Assembly (NCBI GenBank): GCA_035221665.1
Contig: CM069141.1
Location: forward strand, 29,946,001 to 30,010,000
Source: Okamejei kenojei
Taxonomy: Eukaryota
DNA: 64,000 nucleotides
Reading direction: 5' to 3'
Under the pieces are notes generated by a model that ran no database searches, had not been told where the DNA came from, and worked only from the letters and a program-made list of their open reading frames with translations. Shown here piece after piece: positions 35,887 to 48,007 of the stretch. Made by a program: the position numbers and the translations under genes. The first letter of the stretch is position 1. The number at the start of each line of letters is the position of its first letter.

Positions 35887-37145
35887 GATGTGCAGTGTCT
35901 TCGCCTTTCACTGCTTCCCTCCTTATTGGGAGGTATGGAATATGCTGCCACATCTGACCTCCTGCTCCACACCAAATCAGCAGCAACCTACCATCTATCT
36001 CATTGGACACCCTTGAACTATCTTTAATCAGACATGACTGGACTTTATTTTGCACTGAACATTATTTCCTTCACCCTGTATCTGTACATTGTGATTGTAT
36101 GTATAGTCTTTCTGCTGACTGTATAGCATGCAACAAAAAAAAGCTTTTCACTATACAATAAACTCAACTTAACTAGCTCTGCCAACCGCTCCGGTAAATC
36201 TTAGACCGAGGGGCCAAATGATCTATACATTTGGCCTTGGACTTTACGCTGAACAATACTGCCACAAGTAGAGTTGCTAACATCATTAAAAAGCAATTTG
36301 GCCAGGTTTTTTTTGGGCCAATTTTCATTATTTCACTCGCTGTACATATTTTAGCTAGTTAGCAGATGTATCAATATTTATAACTAGATCTATTTTTGAA
36401 TTTGAAATAGTTTAAAATATTTTTTATTATATTCATTTAACTCACTTTAAATGTGTACAACTTATGGCAGACTAAGATGCCTTTGACAGCAGTGGGCTGC
36501 GACAATCTGTTGGGGGTAATACTGATATTCTGGTTGTAGATTCTTTTCACAAGGGTGGGCCTTTGGTGGGGTCCAAGTTAGGTGCAGCTTGTGTTTTAGG
36601 GCGGGGTTCACTTGCAGATGACAGGTCCGTCTGCAAAATCCTTTATTGCGGCACACGGTAGCAGAGCACCCGAGGTGAATGTTCAATGAGGTGATTTTCA
36701 GTATATATTACAATAGTTACAAGAAATGATTCTTCAAGTCAACCGCAATTATGTTATTGCATGGCCAAACCTATGTTCCAGTTAAAAGCGAGGAAACGGT
36801 GACACCTCATCACATATTCTTCCACTGTAATCCTAAGAATTAGGTCATCGGGATGCATGTAGAAACATGCTGACTGTTCAAGGAACTGAAAGTCACAGCT
36901 CACAGGGTTTACATCAGAGATTTTTGTAATCTTAACCCTCAAAATTTTCCTTCCAATGGAAATCAAAGCTCAATCTCCCAATCCAAGTAAGCAGTTTTCT
37001 CAATAAAAGTTTTGAGGAAAATGTCAAACCAAACAACATAGATACTATTGGACAAAAAACTTGATAGTCAGTTCATCAGTAACACTGGTGAACTGAAAAT
37101 GTACCGCAGTGCCTTTTAAGAGCAAGCTCCCCATAACATAAGAAA

Positions 37146-37410
37146 GTACACAAAATGCTGGAGTAAATCCAGCTGTAGTAATGCTGGAGTAACATCACGA
37201 TAGGTGATGTTTCGGGTCAAGACCCTTCTTCAGACTGAAGACAGGGATGGGGTTAAGGAAACCTAGAAGAATGCCTGAAGTCTGAAGAAGGGTGCCAACC
37301 TGACACATCACTTATCCATATTGTCCAGGGATGCTGCTTGATCTGTTGAATTACCCCAGCATTTTATGTCTTTCCTTGGTAAACCAGCATCTGCAGTTCC
37401 TTGTTTTCCT
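37146..37410. mobile_element. PLE pseudo-LTR fold-back
   Basis: GATGTTTCGGGTCAAGACCCTTCTTCAGACT and the inverted AGTCTGAAGAAGGGT...CCAGCATCTGCAGTTCC. Confidence 0.75.
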
Positions 37411-37810
37411 ATTACTTTCCTTTGCTGCCCAATTTGTATGCAACCTTTTCCATTTGTCAGAACTATAAGGCTTCCAAAACATTTGAGTACACTGAAAAGT
37501 AAGGATATTTGGTCATCACTCCACAGACTAAACTTAACCCACTGAGTTATGTTTATTGTTCTAGTTTCGGACTATGTGTTTTGCCTCCATAGAATAGATT
37601 TAAATAGGACATATCTCTATCTTAACCAATGACTTTTCAGTAATTAATATAGGGCTGCGTACCTCCTGAAATAATCTTAATTGAAAATGAGATCAGAAGT
37701 CAGGAAAAGATAATTAGGGGAGGAATCTGAGGACATCAGAAACATGAAGGATAGGACATCGATATAAATTGGCATTGATCAAGGTCTTTGGATTTTGTTA
37801 CCTCCATTTA

Positions 37811-38030
37811 GGGCGGCACAGCGGCACAGTGGTAGAGTTGCTGCCTTACATCGCCAGAGATCCCGGTTCGATCCTGACTCTGGGTGCTGTCTGTATGGAG
37901 TTTGTACATTCTTCCTGTGACCATGCGGATTTTCTCTGGGTGTTCCAGTTCCCTCCCACATTCTAAAGATGTACAGTGTTGGTACGTTAATTGGCTTCTG
38001 TAAATTTTAAAATGTCCCTGGTGTGTAGGA
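37811..38030 (+). mobile_element. HE1/V-SINE-like SINE
   Basis: GGGCGGCACAGCGGCACAGTGGTAGAG...CCGGTTCGATCC...GGAGTTTGTACATTC. Confidence 0.85.
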
Positions 38031-38070
38031 CTATATCTCTAACAGTCTAAAGTAAAAATTCTCTGCACAT

Positions 38071-38286
38071 TTGGAAGGACTCAGCCCGAGTTGAAGAGGC
38101 TCTTGCAGGACCAGTTTATGCACACCTGTTCATTCCAGTCTGTAAGGAAATGTTTTACAAAACATATTTTGCTCCATTATCTCGTCGGCCTCTTTGGCTT
38201 TTAGGTTTGAGCTTCGAGGGTGGAATGAACAGGTGTATAAACCTGGTCCATCAAGACCCTCTTCAACTTGGACCGAGACCTTCCAA
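38071..38286. mobile_element. Unclassified MITE-like inverted repeat
   Basis: About 66-bp imperfect arms at 38071-38137 and 38221-38286. Confidence 0.7.
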
Positions 38287-38617
38287 CTGTCCAAATGTAA
38301 TGATATCAAACAATGTTCCCTGAGTCATAATTGAGATCAATTGTGGTACCTGGGGCATCATAGTGCCACAATGTTTGAATTTAACTGACTGTGGTGGGAA
38401 CCCTATTCCAATTCAAACGTGAGGTTATCATGGTGTTGAATATGGACAATGAGACTTCAGCACAATAAGTACGTTCAGTCTGATTTGAACCTCTCCCATG
38501 CACCATTTTCTTTTATATGAAATGAATATGGAAAAGAGCATTATGCCAGAGAACTTTTCATCCCTGTCTATCGAGCAATAATTACTACACTCCATCTGTT
38601 GCATTGTATAATAGTGG

Positions 38618-39273
38618 GAAATAGGATTTGAGTATAGGAGTAAAGAAGTCCTTCTGCAGTTGTAGAAGGCCCTGGTGAGACCACATCTGGAGTATTGTGT
38701 GCAATTTTGGTCTCCTAATTTGAGGAAGAACATCCTTGCTATTGAGGCAGTGCAGTGTAGGTTCACGAGGTTAATCCCCGGGATGGCGGGACTGTCATAT
38801 CAGGAAAGATTGGAAAGACTGGGCTTTAATTCACTGGAATTGAGAAGGATGAGCGGGGATCTTCTAGAAATGTATAAAATTATAGAAAGACTGGACAAGC
38901 CAAATGCAGGAAAAATGTTGGGGGAGTCCAGAACAGGGGCCACAGTCTAAGAATAATTGGGGGGGGTGGGGGGGGGGGGGGGGGGTATTTAAAACTGAGG
39001 ATGAGAAAAAAAAACGTTTTTCACCCGGAGAGTTGTTGAATTTTGTGGAGCTCTTCTGCCCACAGAGTCTCAGTCAGTAGAGCCAATTCACTGGTATAAA
39101 TTTAAAAGAGAGTTATGATTATGAGCTTAGGGCTAGCTGAATCAAGGGTATATGGGGGGAAGGAAGGCATGGGTTACTGATTGTGGATGATCAGCCATGA
39201 TCACAATGAATGACATTGTACTGGCTTGAAGAGCCAAATGGCCTCTTCCTGCACTTATGTTCTATTTTTTCTA
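38618..39273 (+). mobile_element. CR1 LINE 3' fragment
   Basis: ORF 38675-38950 RPHLEYCVQFWSP; indel-rich after the poly-G at about 38960. Confidence 0.85.
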
Positions 39274-41429
39274 TGAAATTTGCTTTAAGAGTATACGAGG
39301 TCATGTCCTCAGAATTGGTTAGACGTCCGGCGACATGATATTCAAAGATGAGAAGTGGGAGTGTCAAAACAAAGGTTACTTGATTTATTAAATTATGGAA
39401 TGGCATTGGTAATTAGACCAAATAATTCTGATAAAGCAGATCAAAACAATAAACACAGGATAAATTCAGGCAAAGTTACATTCCAGGCAAAATGATTCGC
39501 TCATGAGGCAAAGAAGTTGAAACTATCACTTGAAACGATACCAAAACAGCTTAACATATGTGATGATGAGTAGCTGCCAGTCTAGACATGAATTTGACAA
39601 CATTTAGTGTAACACGAAATTATGATGATAATAATTAAATTGTTGAATTAGTACGTTGTATAAAGAAACCACAAACTCAAGCAAAGTTATACTATCCGGC
39701 AAAATATAAAACAGATAGTTAAATATATTCTCACTGTGCAATTCATAGACTGATGATCAATAATTAAGGATACAGTGAAACTATTTTGAAATGATTCCTT
39801 AAAATCAAATAGAAAATGTTTATACCTATTGTTTTTTTGGATTAGATATTTTAAATGTATGCAGTTATTAAATATAAGTAATGGAATTTAAATTATATAT
39901 AGTGCTCAACTATCACAGTTTTACCTGACATTAAAGGTCATACAAGGAAATCCACAACTTCAGTAAAAGCAACCTTAAAGCAAGCTGCCATCATTATGTC
40001 TAACACATAGTCTCAAGCGCATGTACTTCTCTAGGTCAGAATCAAAATAATAATCCAAATACATTTTAATAACCTAATATGAATTTAATGTTGCATGTTG
40101 ATATTTCAACTTAGTTGCATTGGAAAACTGGACCTTCGTGCATCTTATTAAATGAAGTTTGTTAGTAACCAGCATTTTGCCCATTCTTGGAAAAGCCAAA
40201 GTAGTCACACCTGAACTGTACCGAAAATAAATACCTGAAAATTAAATCTCAAATTTTATATTCTGAACTACTATTCAATTTAAGTTTTCCAAAAATATAC
40301 TGTGTCAAAATTATCTGATTCAATTAGAGGCCTCAATACTGTTTAATTCAGGGGATTGATATCCTGGAGATAAACTTTTTTTTCAATGGTTAAATAGTTC
40401 TTTAATATCAAGGCAGAGTGAAATTCTTTTTTTGTACAGATCAGGTAAAAATTTATTACCATACCAGTGCTGCCTACACTCAACGCAATTGAGCGTGAGC
40501 ACGCATTTCGCCCAATTCTCATGCTGATCACAGAATCTCTCACCTATTCTCGAGAAATTCTGTGATCAACGAGAATTCAAATAATATCAAACGTGTGCGC
40601 ACTGTTGACATGACCAGCAACACTCTTATTCTCTCGATACCGAACCAATCACACACCTCCAAACTTGTCCCCATGCAAATTTCACATTGAAAGACAAAAT
40701 GGGGGGGGGGGGGGGGGATACCGGGCAGTTGATGAGTGTCACCCAACGCAGCAAGTAAAGGCCATTCCTGCTCCCGGCAGTCGGAATTTTTTAAAGGATT
40801 TGCTGGAGGAAGCGGCTGACATGAGCGAGGTCCGGAGGGGCATGGAGTTGAGAGTACATGGTACCGGGGGTGGGGGGGGGACTGCAGCCCTCCCCTACTT
40901 TTTTTGCTAGATATGTTTCAAATTTTATCACGACTTTGGACAGAGGCACTGCCTGTGCTTGCTAGCAACCTGGTGTGGATGTTGGTTGGAGAGGCACAGG
41001 TGGAGGTGGGATTAGAAGCAGAAGCAGAACGGCAAAGGGGCCAGTAGTTGCGGTTTTTTTTTTCTTCTTGGTGACGGGGCCGGGGCGGCGAGTGAGTGTT
41101 TTTGGGTGCTGACGAGTATCTCGCTGCAGTTCTGCCATGGAGTAGGTCTCAGTGCAAGAGTCCGGGCCAGAGCAGGCGTCACGAAGCATTGCCCGAGAGG
41201 CTGTGAGAGTCTCTGGTGCCGAATTCGCCCTGGTCACGGCATCATTTGGGGGTGTGAAACAGGCTTGGTGGCGTCGGTAGTGTATCCCTGGAGGACAACC
41301 AGTGGCCTGCTGGAGTGAAGTTGGTTACCAAGCATCTGGGTAGAAGCGGTGGAAGACTTAGTGGGCTTCAATTGTGGGGTGGTTGAGAGAAAGGCATCTG
41401 CTTGTCTGCTAGATTTTCACTTATTGTAA

Positions 41430-41785
41430 CTGCAGGAAAATGTTCCCGAGTGTTGGGGAAGTCTGAACCAGGGGTCCACACAGATTAAAATAAGAGTTTG
41501 GACAGTTAGGACTGAAGTTTGAGGACAACCTTCTTCACCAGAGGGTTTGATGAATCTGTGGAATTCTCTGGCCACAGAAGGCAGTGGGTCCAATTCATGG
41601 ATGTTTTCAAGAGTATAGGTTACATTTAGGTCTTGGGGCTATTGATAAAGCAGGGTAGGGGGAAAAAACAGGTAAGAGAGGTGCTGATTTTTAGATGACG
41701 GAACACCAAGATCATATTGAATGGCAGTTGCTGGCTTTGAAGGTCCGAATGGGCTATTCTGACATCCTAGTTTCTATGTTTTATG
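41430..41785 (+). mobile_element. CR1 3' fragment, indel-rich
   Basis: GCAGGAAAATGTTCCCG...GAATCTGTGGAATTCTCTG...ATCATATTGAATGGC. Confidence 0.75.
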
Positions 41786-43059
41786 CTTGAGTTATATGGC
41801 AAATTAAAACTTGACCACTGTGAGTTTGAAGCATTCATGCATGGTGGAGGTATAATGATGCAGTCATAGAGTGATAACAGTGTACAGTGCCCAACTTGCC
41901 CACAAACAGCTAGCACTACACTACCTGCTTTTGGTCCATAATACCCTCCAAAACCTATGTCCTATCCATGTATCAGTCTGGACTGTTTCTTAAATGGTTG
42001 GGATGAGTCCTGGCCTCAACAACCTCATCTGGTAGCGTGTTCCCATACACACCACCACCCTTTGTGTGGAAAAGGTTACCCTTAAAAAAGTTACCTATTA
42101 AAAAATACTTCACACAAAAAAACATTGAAATCATACTTCTACAATGCACTAAACATGATTTTAATCTCATCAAATTTCAAAAAGCAAACCCTTCCCTTCC
42201 ATTCAGTCGCTCCACTGCTGCCCTCGCAGGGTACCCTCAAGACCAGTTGATCAGTCTGATTGCACCTCCAGCCACAACACCCCAGCACCCCCCCCCCCCC
42301 CCCCCCCCCCCCACTGACCGATGCGAGGCGGGGGAACTCAGGCCAGTTGTCCGTGATGTCTGGATCCCAATGCCTCAGACGCATTGGTGGTTTCAGAGTT
42401 GGCTAATAATATTATTATTGTTAATAAGCCTGACTTTTAATTAGTTGATCAAAACCTTAATTTACTAATACAGAATAGTAAGATTAAACGTGAAATTTAC
42501 CAAGTTCGAAGGTTGATCTTTTATTTTATGAGGCGGTCCTTGTGGTGAGTGGATTTCATGAAGACCCGCCAGCACGCATGCGCGACCATTTCTTACAAAA
42601 GCAGTGGTTGGAAATCAAAGAACCACAGGAACCCAATGGACTGGAAATAGTAAGATTAAGAACGAGTAGAACATATACCAGTTTTTCGATTATGATTGAG
42701 GGTGGGAGGCGGGTAGTTGGGAGGGCCACAAAATCTCTCACCCGCAACTTCCTCATTAAAACTAAAGATCAACCTCGAAATTGGTAAGTTCATGTTTAAT
42801 CTTACTAATTTTATTCGGAGTTATCGTGAGTGACTTTAGTGAAGATTTCAAAAGCTCTGTGATTTCACGCCACTGGACAGCATCCATGCTATCACACTGC
42901 ACAATACTGATGGAGGAAGGCTGTTAATGCATTCCAGAACTGCACAGGCTAAAAAAAATAATGCATATTTATACACAAATAATAACAAAACAAAACCCTA
43001 ACTCGGGGTACAAACACTGTCACGGAGCGGCTCCCAGCACAGCTTCTGCGAACGTTGCC

Positions 43060-44000
43060 GGGGGCGACCAGTGGTTGTGATTGTAGAAACCGCTGATGGT
43101 TGCTTACTAGCCAGCCCGCGGTGGTAAGATTGTGGTCCATTAGGCACTCCATGGCCCATCGTCGCTGATGTTGTGGATGCAGCCCCTGGTAGATGAGATT
43201 TTAAAATGTTAGCTATCTACTCCTGCGCTGCACCAACACTGCTCTGAGCACCTTGCAATGTCTGCACAAAATCCACCCTTGATGTGAGGTTTGTGGCTGG
43301 ATTGAGGAGCCCTGCCTCATCTTCGGATGGTTCGTGTAAAGCGGAGATGGGTGACTAGTGTAGAGGGTGGCATCAGGTGGGGTACGCCGCCGAAATTTCC
43401 AACTGTAGCCCATGAACCCCAGAGTCTGTAGCTGTTCAATAGGGGTCCTGACAAAGAAAGTCACCTTTGCAGGGGTGGAGACCATGTATCCAGAGCTGCA
43501 AGTTCTGTAATGCCTGGACCGTTGGACGCTGAGTCATTTGCCATCAGCATCACCACTTTATGGTGAGAGCTGATTTGAAGTTGGGTTAACCCACTCTTAT
43601 ATAGGAGACCAGCTCCTCAGTAGGGTTTCAGAAAACGATCCCTACGTCTCCAGGTGATTGTGGTAATTGGGCCGTTGGAGGGTTGAATGTGTTTAAATAC
43701 ATCTCCTCAGAATTTTGACACAGGCGGTCTGGAGCCTTACCTTGTCTAGGTATGTGGACAGTGCACTCCTGCGCGCTGTTGATGGCACTGTAGGCTAAGG
43801 CCAGGATCGTAATGAAAGCCCCGCTAGGAAATCCAGGACATCAGGGATGTTAGCCAACGTTGGAGGCGCGTTGGTACGGGCGCAGATGCCTCCCACATCC
43901 TGACCTGGGTGAGGTACTGTCTGGTTGATGCTCGGCATGATGCTGAGTTTAGTTCCATGGCGCTCTCAGGCGTATATGCCGGCCTTGATCAGCGGCCTCT
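43060..44000 (-). pseudogene. DIRS tyrosine recombinase remnant
   Basis: KVVMLMA box-I region (about 43510-43540), frameshifted H-S-T-R-A-A-S-T-like box (about 43170-43197) and DHNLTTAGW...RF (ORF 42949-43152). Confidence 0.75.
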
Positions 44001-44099
44001 TAGAACCTGCAGGCCAAACAGGTTTAGATAACCGTGGCGACGGGTTGACTTTCCCCAGTATCGTTTGTAATCAATTGGGGGGTTTTATCAAATTTGACC

Positions 44100-45830
44100 C
44101 ACGGTATCGTTTCAAGATTTGGAGGAGACCACGGTACCTATGAGTGTAGCCAGCCAGGTATGAATCTAAATGCCTGTAGCAGATTTCCAGTTGAATTTTC
44201 TGCAATACCCAACTGATGAGGCAGAATGGCGGGAAATGCTAGCTAAAACCATTTCCCCCAATGTAGGAGAAAAAGCATCCATAGCTACTGCCCAGGATCT
44301 CTGTGAGTTCCCAAGTCAACATAGTTGGTATTCTGATGGTTCAACCTGGACGAAAAGAGTGTCAAGATATCTGGGTTGTTTGTTGTGCCAAATTGAGTGA
44401 GCTATAGTTTCAGCAAAAATTTGGGATTCACATACTCGATGTTATCATTGAACACATATCGTGCACCTGGTTCGTCTGCCACTGTATTGAGCTTCCCTGG
44501 GGAAATAGGTCGCTGTGGATCCTATATATTTCTCATCTCAAGTGCCACCAGTGGGCCAGATTGATGTTTGCAATTCGTCCACAAGATAATGACCTGATAC
44601 ACACATATGATTGAGGATAAGCCACCACCGTTGTGTTATCTCTTTATTTGGAGTGCGGACATGTAAGAGCCATGAGTTGTGCAGTAAGCCCGCCGAGTCC
44701 AAGGAAAGCCCCTATACATTTTCCAGATATTTTATTCCTTGTGATGGGGAGGGTTAGACTCATGAGAGTTCATCTGCCACCACAATATGGACATGGTGTC
44801 AGTTGCACCCTCAACCTTGTGCGCTTGCGTCAGTCTGTGCAGCACAACACAACAGATGGGTTGCTTACATTGATGGGTCTGTGAACACACACCTCTTAGT
44901 ATCTGTCAAATTCCATGTTGTAGCTCAGCTCTCCACCAGCCGTTATTGGCAACCGTATTGGTCTGTCAAAGTGCCAGCATTTGCTTTTTATGCTGTGATC
45001 TTTTGCTCTTTTTAAATTTTTGGTAATGTATCGTCCGAGATTGCGCTTGATATGTAGCTACCAATTTCCCAATTACCTTTGCCGTTTGTAGGATAGTCGG
45101 TAACCCTTTGGCGCAAGCAAGGCTGTAGCACGATTCTTGTATGTCTAAAGCTTTTGTTGGTCTGGGATAGTTATCTATTATTAAGTTTGTGTCAAGACTG
45201 TGAAACCCCAGTGTAATCCATAACTTGAGAGGGGTTCAGTTTGGATTTGTCTGAATGGGTTACAAACCCTAACGTCTCGAATAAAGATTTGGTCACTGTA
45301 ACTGCCAGCGTAGCCAATTGGAGGATCTGTCCCACGATAAGGATATCACGTTCTTTCTTTCTATCTGTAAATATTGCCATGACGATATAATTTTGTTGTC
45401 AGAGGAGTGCCAATATGGTTTTTACTAATTTGGTAAATAGTCTGGGGGCTGTGGATATCCCATTGGGTAAGGCTTTGTATTGCCACAACTGTCCCTTCCA
45501 GACAAATTTCAGGAACCTCCTGTGAGATTCTGTGATGGGAACTGTATAGTATGCATCTTTTAAATCGATGCAAGCCATAAAGTACCCCGTGTAAAGCAGC
45601 TGCTAGCCTTAAGATGTCAGCATGTCCCTCCTTTATCTCATTCTGAGAGAGCGTGAAAATGCGCTGAGGTTTATGCTGTGTAGGGTGAAGTTGACCATCA
45701 ATAAATTCTATGACGTAACCGTGAACACTTTGTAGAATAAACGTGTCTGTGGTGATTGCATCCCAAGCACCACGAAATGCCCGCAACCGTCCCCCGACTT
45801 GTGCGGGTAGAAGTGCTACTGCCTTAGAGA
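44100..45830 (-). pseudogene. DIRS pol: RT, RNase H and Dam-like methyltransferase remnants
   Basis: QVGGRLRAFRGAW, GYFMACIDLKDAYY...ALPNGISTAPRLFTK, TDASAQG (about 44820), DNTTVVAY (about 44630), AVAMDAFS and PFCLISWVLQKIQ (about 44190-44290); frameshifts and stops. Confidence 0.85.
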
Positions 45831-45952
45831 AACCAGACCCTCTTACCTCCATGGTTAACAGTGGGTCTTGGCGTATGGCGTTTTGGGGGGACATTGCGGT
45901 GCTTGTCGTGGCGGTGGCCGCATCTTCCATGCGGGCCGCTGCAGGCCTTGCC

Positions 45953-47633
45953 CTAAAAAAGGCCGCTGCTGTTGGGGAATTGGAGGCAGATAGGTCCTTG
46001 GTGTCCTCTCCGGCTGGCGCGGTTTCCAAGTAGTGTATGGTTGTTGTCGCTGATGGTCCTGGCCTCCTCGTCGAGTTCTTTGACTTGCTTGGAGAGATCT
46101 TCCCCAAACAGCTGATGAGGTGGTGGAGTGGTGGAGGGACGACACAACCCTGCAAATTTTGGGTTGAGGGTGGGCCGGATGGAGCTCTTGCTCAGACAGT
46201 TGATTTCAAACTGGGCGTTGCAGAGAAGTGCCAGAGCATCCTGCTGCTCGCTGGTCACATTATCACCATCAAGGGTCTTGGCATATGCTGTAATGCCCGT
46301 CGACAGGAGCTTCTCGATTCGCTGGAGACGTACATCCTGCATCTTGGTGGCGGTGCTCAAGTTTCCCCAGATCTGGGCATTAACCGTGGGAACACTGAGA
46401 TTGATGCAGTTCTCAGGCGGCTTAAACTTGTCCATAGTCGCATTGACAACCTGACCCTGAAGCTGGTGAGTGGTCAGGTAATTAATGGTGCCCGCCAGTT
46501 TGTGGTGCAGTGGCTCCCCTGTGTGGGTAGCCGTGGCAAATTTCCCCACTACGTCCAGCAGGTCCACATCGTGCTCTGGCTCTGCGGCCTCCGGCAGTCC
46601 CGGGTCGTCTTCGAAGGCAGTGGCCTGACAATGGCTGGCACTCCTGGCTGGAGACGACGAGATGCTGAGCAGTCTCCTGGCGTGGCTAGTGGAGGCCCGA
46701 GACTCCCGTTCATCACGGTCCATGTCCCACTGGAGTAGTTGCTCCACCAAGAGCTCCAACCGAGCAATGCGACCATCCCCGCTACTCGCGGCGGACAAGC
46801 CGACTTCCCCAGGCTCTGCAAATTCTCTGGGTCTTTCACCACACCTCCATAAGATGCAGACTAGGGTCCGATGGTAGGTTGTCATGGGCAACTGCTCCTG
46901 TAGGCCCATACGACTCCTGCACGGACTTTCCGCTAGTCGGCCTTCGAGCGGACTGTGGCGGTCCACCTGCCTGGTAGGAAGACAGTGGAGATGAGACGGC
47001 GCCGGCCCCCGGTACCTGGCTCCCTGAAGTCCGTGCAGGCTTACCTCCACTATCACCCAATTTTCTTCGTTGAGGCACATGGTCGGCAGCTGCCAGAGCT
47101 AAGCTAACCAACCGTCTACTGCTGCCACCGGCGCCCTTGACCGCAGCCTCACGCAGCGTTCTGTCGGCAGCTCCTGCTCCTGCAGGGCTGCTCGACACAG
47201 CAGTAGCTCTACCGGCCTGCCCTACGGCAGATATCCCCAGCAGCTGTACGTGGCGTGCCACGGCTATGGGGCTCCCCTGTAGCGCAGCCGTTACCCGGCC
47301 CGGCCCCCGTGGATCCACAGCAACACGGGGTGATGCCGCTGTCGGCGAGCGAGGCACTTTGCCACGTACCTGGTTGCTCCCCCGCTTCCTGGGGAATGGG
47401 GGCACGAAGTCTGGGTCTGGAATTACCATCTCCAGTGCGGACATCCATTCGGGAGATAAGTCGGGCGCTGGTGTAACTGAAGCGCCCGACTTCCGCACCT
47501 TTACCCCCGGCCGTCCAGATGCTGCCGGTGTTGCTTGCAGCTCCGGAGAAAGTGGCCGCTGGCTTGTCGGCATCCCGCGGCTCTTGGAAAGTTTCGCCTT
47601 CCCTTTTCCCTTTGCCGTCCATGCTGTAACCAA
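45953..47633 (-). pseudogene. DIRS ORF1 (gag-like)
   Basis: Overlapping ORFs 46836-47633 and 45953-47080 include KFKPPENCINLSVPTVNAQIW...QDVRLQRIEK...IRPTLNPKFAGLC...LFGEDLSKQVKEL, typical of DIRS1 ORF1. Confidence 0.75.
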
Positions 47634-47962
47634 CTAAAGGTTAGTGCACTTACCTGAACAGTCTTTTTGAAGGAGCTGGTGGAGAGAGCGCACTCCCCTC
47701 CCCCAGCTTGTTGATGCAAATGCGAGCGACGATATGTCGCGCATGCGTGCTGGCGGGGTCTTCACGAAGTTACTCACGTGACTCCGAAATAAAATATCCA
47801 GGGGGATGGGATAAGTGTAATATCAAAATGACATGCAAGGTGTCAGGCTGTCTGTCACAACATACAGCCCCGATAACCCATTATTTCCTTCAGTTAAATA
47901 TTGGGAAGGTAGCAATATTGTAATTTGCCAATCAACTGTTTGTTTACCTCACTGACTATTTC

Positions 47963-48007
<45 letters not shown>

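Larger units (their letters stand above)
42474..47796 (-). mobile_element. Full-length DIRS1-type tyrosine-recombinase retrotransposon
   Basis: ITRs 42545-42586 and 47736-47777 (core AAGACCCGCCAGCACGCATGCGCGAC); internal complementary region 42741-42845 matches both termini; gag, RT, RNase H, methyltransferase-like and YR remnants lie in the expected order. Confidence 0.92.

Noticed and set aside
45743-47637. Plus-strand ORFs overlapping the DIRS (e.g. 46037-46738, 47137-47637)
   Set aside because: Antisense shadows of GC-rich coding sequence with no recognisable motifs.
47624-47653. 30-nt GT...AG mini-intron with a CACTAAC branch-like motif in the DIRS leader
   Set aside because: Far below the usual minimum vertebrate intron size; only the donor is kept as a finding.
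47966-48007. 42-nt poly-C run (poly-Pro/poly-Gly ORFs)
   Set aside because: Simple homopolymer of uncertain length; no evidence of coding.
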